64,000 nucleotides of DNA from the NCBI RefSeq assembly GCF_009914755.1, contig NC_060929.1. One strand, written 5' to 3'. The translations under genes were made by a program, and so were the position numbers. Positions 57,412 to 64,000 of this stretch are shown in pieces. Within the stretch, counting starts at the first letter, position 1; each line of letters starts with the position of its first letter. Origin of the DNA: the human T2T-CHM13v2.0 reference genome, Homo sapiens. The notes beneath the pieces were generated by a model, which saw only the letters and a program-made list of their open reading frames with translations, was not told where the DNA came from and searched no databases.

Positions 57412-59766
57412 TTTTTTTTTTTTGTTATTATACTTTTAAGTTCTGGGGTACATGTGCAGAACATGCAGGTTTGTTACATAGGTATACACATGCCACGGTG
57501 GTTTGCTGCACCCATCAACCTGTCATCTACATTAGGTATTTCTCCTAATGCTATCCCTCCCCTAGCCCCCAACTCCCCGACAGGCCCCAGTGTGTGATGT
57601 TCCCCTCCCTGTGTCCATGTGTTCTCATTGTTCAACTTCTACTTACGAGTGAGAACATGTGGTATTTGGTTTTCTGTTCCTGTGTTAGTTTGCTGAGAAT
57701 GATGGTTTCCAGCTTCATCCATGTCCCTGTAAAGGACGTGAACTCATTCCTTTATATGGCTACATAGTATTCCATGGTGTATACATGCCACATTTTCCTT
57801 ATCCAGTCTATCATTGATGGGCATTTGGGTTGGTTCCAAGTCTTTGCTATTGTGAACAGTGCCACAATAAATATACGTGTGCATGTGTCTTAATAGTAGA
57901 ATGATTTATATTCCTTTGAGTATATACCCAGTAAGGGGATTGCTGGGTCAAATGGTGTTTCTAGTTCTAGATCCTTGAGGAATCGCCACACTGTCTTTCA
58001 CAATGGTTGAACTAATTTACACTCCCACCAACAGTGTAAAAACATTCCTGTTTTTCCACATCCTCTCCAGCATCTGTTGTTTCCTGACTTTTTAAGGATC
58101 ACCATTCTAACTGGCGAGAGATGGTATCTCATTGTGCTTTTGATTTGCATGTCCAGTGATGATGAGCTTTTTTTCATATGTTTGTTGGCTGCATAAATGT
58201 CTTCTTTTGAGAAGTGTCTGTTCATATCCTTCTCCCACTTTTTGACGGAGTTGTTTGTTTTTTTCTTGTAAATTTGTTTAAGTTCTCTGTAGAGTCTGGA
58301 TATTAGCCCTTTATCAGATGGATAGGTTGCAAAAATTTTCTCCCATTCTGTAGGTTGCGTGTTCACTCTCATGATAGTTTCTTTTGCTGTGCAGAAGCTC
58401 TTTAGTTTAATTAGATCCCATTTGTCTATTTTGGCTTTTGTTGCCATTGCTTTTGGTGTTTTAGTCATGAAGTCTTTGCCCATGCCTATGTCCTGAATGG
58501 TATTACCTAGGTTTTCCTCTAGGGTTTTTATGGTTTTAGGTCTTACATTTAAGTCTTTAATCCATCTTGAGTTAATTTTTGTATAAGGTTTAAGAAAGGG
58601 ATCCAGTTTCAACTTTCTGCATATGGCTAGCCAGTTTTCCCAATACCATTTTAAATAGGGAATCCTTTCCCCCATTGCTTGTTTTTGTCAAGTTTGTCAA
58701 AGATCAGATGGTTGTAGATATATGGCATTATTTCTGAGCCCTCCGTTCTGTTCTATTGGTCTGTATATCTGTTTTGGTACCAGTACCATGCTGTTTTTCT
58801 TATGGTAGCCTTGTAGTATAGTTTGAAGTCAGGTAGCGTGATGCCTCCAGCTTTGTTCTTTTGGCTTAGGATTGTCTTGGCTATGCAGGCTCTTTTTTGG
58901 TTCCCTATGAAATTTAAAGAAGCTTTTTCCAATTCTATGAAAAAAGTCAGTGGCAGCTTGATGGGGATAACATTGAATCTATAAATTGCTTTGGGCAGTA
59001 TGGCCATTTTCACGATATTGATTTTTCTATCCATGAGCATGGAATGTTTTTCCATTTGTTTGTGTCCTCTCTTACTTCCTTGAGCAGTGGTTTGTAGTTC
59101 TCCTTGAAGAGTTCCTTTACATCCCTTGTAAGTTGTATTCCTAGGTATTTTATTCTCTTTGTAGCAGTTGTGAATGGGAGTTCACTCATGATTTGGCTCT
59201 CTGTTTGTCTATTACTGGTGTATAGGATTTTTGCACATTGGTTTTATGTCCTGAGACTTTGCTGAAGTTGCTTATCAGCTTAAGGAGATTTTGGGCTGAG
59301 ACGATGGGATTTTCTAAATATACAGTCATGTCATCTGCAAACAGAGGCAATTTGACTTCCTCTTTTCCTAATTGAATACAATTTATTTCTTTCTCTTACC
59401 TGATTGCCCTGGCCAGAACTTCCAATGCTATGCTGAATAGGAGTGGTGAGAGTGGACATCCTTGTGTGGTGCTGGTTTTCGAAGGGAGTGCTGCCAGTTT
59501 TTGCCCATTCAGTATGTTATTGGCTGTGGGTTTGTCATAAATAGCTCTTATTATTTTGAGATACGGTCCATCAATACCTAGTTTATTGAGAGTTTTTAGC
59601 ATGAAGGGCTGCTGAATTTTGTTGAAGGCCTTTTCTGCATCTATTGAGATAATCATGTGGTTTTTGTGGTTGGTTCTGTTTTGGTGATGGATTACGTTTA
59701 TTGATTTGCATATGTTGAACTAGCCTTGCATCCCGGGGATGAAGCTGACTTGATCGCGGTGGATAA
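57412..59766 (-). mobile_element. 5'-truncated primate L1 (L1PA6/7-like, ~2.35 kb), antisense to MAST4, broken ORF2
   Basis: ORFs 57998-58675, 58753-59055 and 59396-59656 translate as L1 ORF2p pieces ([31 protein letters not shown]); L1PA 3'UTR and T tail. Confidence 0.97.
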
Positions 59767-61589
59767 AATGACAACATTTGTATATCAGTGCTTATCTTCT
59801 ATTTGAGGGATGGCCAAGTTATTTTCTGTGCTCCTTTATATATCTGTCCTGCTACCATCATCTGATTAGGAGCAACTCAAGTTGTCTGTGGATTCTTGAT
59901 AGTATCTCATCAGTAGCTGAAAAAAAGAAAAACATACTAAAAGCCTTTAATCTGATACAAAAAGAACTAGTAGTTGGTTGTTTAATTTAAAAGTTGGTCA
60001 AAGTAGGAAATAATTTAAAAAGATATGTATTTTAAACATTTCAATTTAACCTAAATATACATAAATTTCCTAGTCTTTTGTTGGAAGTCCTTTTCAAGAA
60101 AGCCAGTGTAAACCAGACTTACAATATATTGTTTCTGTTTTCCAATTTTAGCGTCTTTAATGGTGAAACAAGAACTTGAAGCAATATGAATGTAGGAATC
60201 TAGATTTTTGTTATTTTTTTCAACTTTTGCAAATCTTGTCACCCACATTAAATCAACAGGAATTTAATTTAGTAACTGACATTTATTAAGACTTTCTAAA
60301 ACATTCGTTTAGTTTTCTGATAAGCAATAATGCTTTCCCTTTTTATACTCATGTTCCTGTTTAAATATTTGTTTAAATTAGTTAATCTTAATATCAAATC
60401 TGGCCAGCAAAACAGGTGTGGGAATCACTCAAAATGGTGGGAGCCCAAGGCTTTGGTCATCCTGAAGAGTACCACCAGTCGGCGTGGAAAGTGCTGGGCA
60501 CCCAGCTGGCTGGCTTACAGTGGGAATAACAGCACTAGATCATTCGGTGCATTGATTATAGGAGGTATGGTTAAGAGAGTTTTTTACTGTACAGTGAAGG
60601 AAGAACTAGAAAACCAAAGAAATGAGAAGAAAAATATGAGCAAAGCAAAAATAATAATAATGTTTAGACCGAGACAAAAATATAGATGTGTGATTTGCCG
60701 AATAAAGGAAAAAGATGGGCATGATGAAAAGACAGAGATAAAAACACACATTCATGAAAGAAAAAGTGATTCCAAGCTGAACACTTAAGGTAAAAATGTT
60801 AACATTGATTAAACTGGGATTGAATATAGTTGAAATTTATTTCAGTGAATCACCCTGATATGTTGATTGAGCAGGAGCATAGGGTGTTCTGGGCCCCCTT
60901 GCAGTCATTGTTCAGGGATGGCTAAGTAACTAGTGGAAAATCCATTTCAGATCACATACCCCCTGTTTTATAAGGTGGGCACTGGACATACTTTACTGTG
61001 ATTGATGGCTGTTCAGGTAAATGATTTCTTGTTTGATCATTGGAGATTTCAAACCTGTTCCCCCATGATATTGACAGGTGAGGAAGACTTGTGAGAAAGG
61101 AGCCCATCCAAGACATGTTCCTTGTTGCTCATCATTTCCAGATGAGCTGTTAAGACTCCTTCTGATTCTCTTCTTTACTTTATCCCAAGCCTCATTGGGT
61201 CCCTTGTCTTTACCTAGACATAATTGGCTCTATAAAGTATTTGGGTGAGGCTTTAGGCAGAGATTGAGTGTAGCCTGGTCTGGTTGTAAAGTTCCCTGAC
61301 ACCTTGACCGTGGGTCTGAGAGAACAGAAATACAGCTCCATCGTTGGCCCGCTCTTATGCTGGGACATGCATTTCCTGTTGAAACGGCCATGGGGTAGCA
61401 CATGCTGAGGACTGCAGTGAGGAAATATGCTACCCTTTGTTGCAGGACAGCCCCGTATAATGTGTTAAACACATACTTCTCATTTATCTGGAAATTTCTT
61501 TGGAAGTAAATGTCTCTGAATTGGAAGCCAGATACTCTAAGAAGCTATGGGGTTTTTTGTGGATCCCAATGGTATCATTTAGAAAATTA

Positions 61590-61911
<322 letters not shown>

Positions 61912-62370
61912 AGAAAATTATTGCTTTAGTTGGTTGAGAAAAAGTGTCTAATATCTACTATCTAACGCTAGAAAGGATCTAGCTTGTTATATGTGTGTAA
62001 CTTTGTTAATTCTTTCCTGTTCTGACATATATCGAATTTTGATGTGTTTGTGGAAAAACTGAAAATGTCAGCTAGCTATTAGGAAATAGGTCACTTTGGG
62101 GACTGCTCATTTCCTTCCTTCAGCAGTGAAGATGAATCTGATGCCTGGATATGACCCTTGACCTTTAACTGAAATAATTTGAAAAAAAATCAATCTAGCC
62201 AAAGGAGTTTAGCCTGGGATGGGATGTTTGTAGCTGCCAGCTTGTGTGAGCTACATTCCACCTGCTGTGAGAACTTTTAAAAAGTTGATGATTTATATGG
62301 TTTACTGTATCCCCAAAACATCCTTACTTTCTCTCCTCCTGTCAACCCCAATACTTCTGCTCCTTTTCAG

Positions 62371-62579
62371 GGCAGTCTACTTTGTTCGGCATAAAGAATC
62401 CCGGCAGAGGTTTGCCATGAAGAAGATTAATAAACAGAACCTCATCCTTCGAAACCAGATCCAGCAGGCCTTTGTGGAGCGGGATATCCTGACTTTTGCA
62501 GAAAACCCCTTTGTTGTCAGCATGTATTGCTCCTTTGAAACAAGGCGCCACTTGTGCATGGTCATGGAATATGTGGAAG
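62371..62579 (+). CDS. MAST4: MAST4 coding exon, 209 nt: (G)[69 protein letters not shown](G), kinase subdomains I-V
   Basis: tccttttcag|G...GAAG|gtatct; overlaps ORF 62246-62587; catalytic Lys (FAMK), alphaC Glu (VERDIL), hinge MEY. Confidence 0.98.
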
Positions 62580-63229
62580 GTATCTGACACGGAAAACATG
62601 ACACCTGTACCCAGGAATCCCTTGCTCATTTGTGTTGTTGAAGCTGTCTGTATTTGTGCCACATAATGGCTGTATCCACCTAGGAACTGAAGCCAGGCAA
62701 TGAAATGGCTGTATTCCCAGTCATTATCTTCTGATAATTGCTTGTAAAGTGCCTGCTCTACTATAACAAAGAGAAAATTAGCGCTATCTGGAAAAAGGTT
62801 ATCTTTTTTAATAGTTTTTAATCCTAACTACCTCCTCTCAATTGGTCATTAAAGTTGGAATATAGGTGATGGGATTTTTTTCTGCTTATTTTTATTACAT
62901 ATCATAAAAGTACTCATCACAATTAGTCTTCTTACAGAAAGAAATATATATTCTTTTCAGTCTATAGTATGAAATAAAATGGAAAAGGAGATACATTCAA
63001 GAAAATGCAGCCAGTCTTCCCGATTTTTAGCTTTTTTTTCTTTCTTTAAGAGGTTTATGGACTACCTTTTCAATGCTCCAAGTAATCTTATTTCCATCAA
63101 TTTTATATTAAGTTTCTGAGTTCGAGTGACCATGACTTGTTGACATAAAGTTAATAAGATGAATAGATCAGTAACAATTTCAAAGCATCTAATTTAAGCT
63201 GTTGTCATTGAACAGAATCCCAAAACTAT

Positions 63230-63680
63230 AAAACTCAAAGAAACATTAGATATCCTTTTAGTTTAACCTTTGCATTTCATAGATGAGCGAAATAAAGTCC
63301 AAGAAAGGAAGACTTACTAGATAGAGTGGTAGATAAAAGACAAAAACGTAGCTTGCCTTATTTTCACCCAGTGTCCTTTCTACCACACCAATATTTTGCT
63401 TTTTTAACCTTTGTTGTGGTTATCTTAACAAAAACAATTACTAACATTTATCACACATTTAATATGTGATATGTGTTGGGCAGTATCCTAAGTTCTTTAT
63501 ATAGATTATCTCATTTAATTCTCGTAAGAATTCTAACAAAGATGGTATTATTACCATCCTCGTATTACAGGTGAAGGAACCAAGAGTCGTTTGCCTAGGA
63601 TGTCTCAGCTGGTAAGAGGCAGAGCTAGGATTTGGACTCAGGTAGCCTGATTCTAGAATCCATGTTTTATGCTGGTGTAT
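63230..63680 (-). mobile_element. Two MIR fragments
   Basis: catttcatagatgag and tctcatttaattctc...acaggtgaaggaac...ggcagagctaggatttg. Confidence 0.7.
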
Positions 63681-63973
63681 TTTAAATTGTTACCATGATC
63701 CTAAAATTATGCTAGCCGTTCTTTAAAGTACAGTTTCACTTCAGAGCCAAACCTCCTCTCTTATGAATACTACTTCTTAAATAAAAATCTGTATTTTCTC
63801 CATACTGTTTCTTAGTTAGAAACATGATAGGTTAACACATAGACTCCAGTTGTGACTATGATATGCTGTGTCTATGGGTAGAGATGATTTCACCTTGAAA
63901 TTCTGCAGTCTAAACTGATTTTCTACATTAAGCCTTCATCCTATAGCTACTAACTCTTTTTCCTGTGTTACAG

Positions 63974-64000
63974 GGGGAGACTGTGCTACTTTAATGAAAA
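63974..64000 (+). CDS. MAST4: Start of next MAST4 exon (truncated by window): (G)GDCATLMK
   Basis: tcctgtgttacag|GGGGAGACTGTGCTACTTTAATGAAA continues MEYVEGGDCATL. Confidence 0.93.

Noticed and set aside
57998-59777. L1 ORF2-like ORFs as an active retroelement or domesticated gene
   Set aside because: The element is 5'-truncated and ORF2 is broken by stops and frameshifts

Overview
Primate (almost certainly human) genomic DNA from the interior of MAST4 (microtubule-associated Ser/Thr kinase 4), transcribed on the + strand. Eleven GT-AG exons (22323-64000, the last truncated) splice in one open frame. They encode the Ser-rich N-terminal region, the MAST-family DUF1908 domain and the N-lobe of the AGC kinase domain (...GNSPQDSPRNF...[25 protein letters not shown]...MEYVEGGDCATLMK). 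The rest is intron carrying Alu, L1, L2, MIR, LTR and DNA-transposon relics plus simple repeats; repeat subfamily names come from recall of consensus sequences, not from a search. There is no prokaryotic-type system here. Most notable: (i) a frame-preserving 9-nt microexon candidate (26318-26326, adds NDR) behind a ~105-nt AG-free zone; (ii) two ~120-bp direct copies (~84% identical by hand alignment, 27-nt exact core) bracketing it that I cannot assign to a repeat family; (iii) tandem donors GTGAGT/GTAAGT at the exon ending 50911; (iv) an orphan strong acceptor at 21316; (v) a closely spaced inverted Alu pair.
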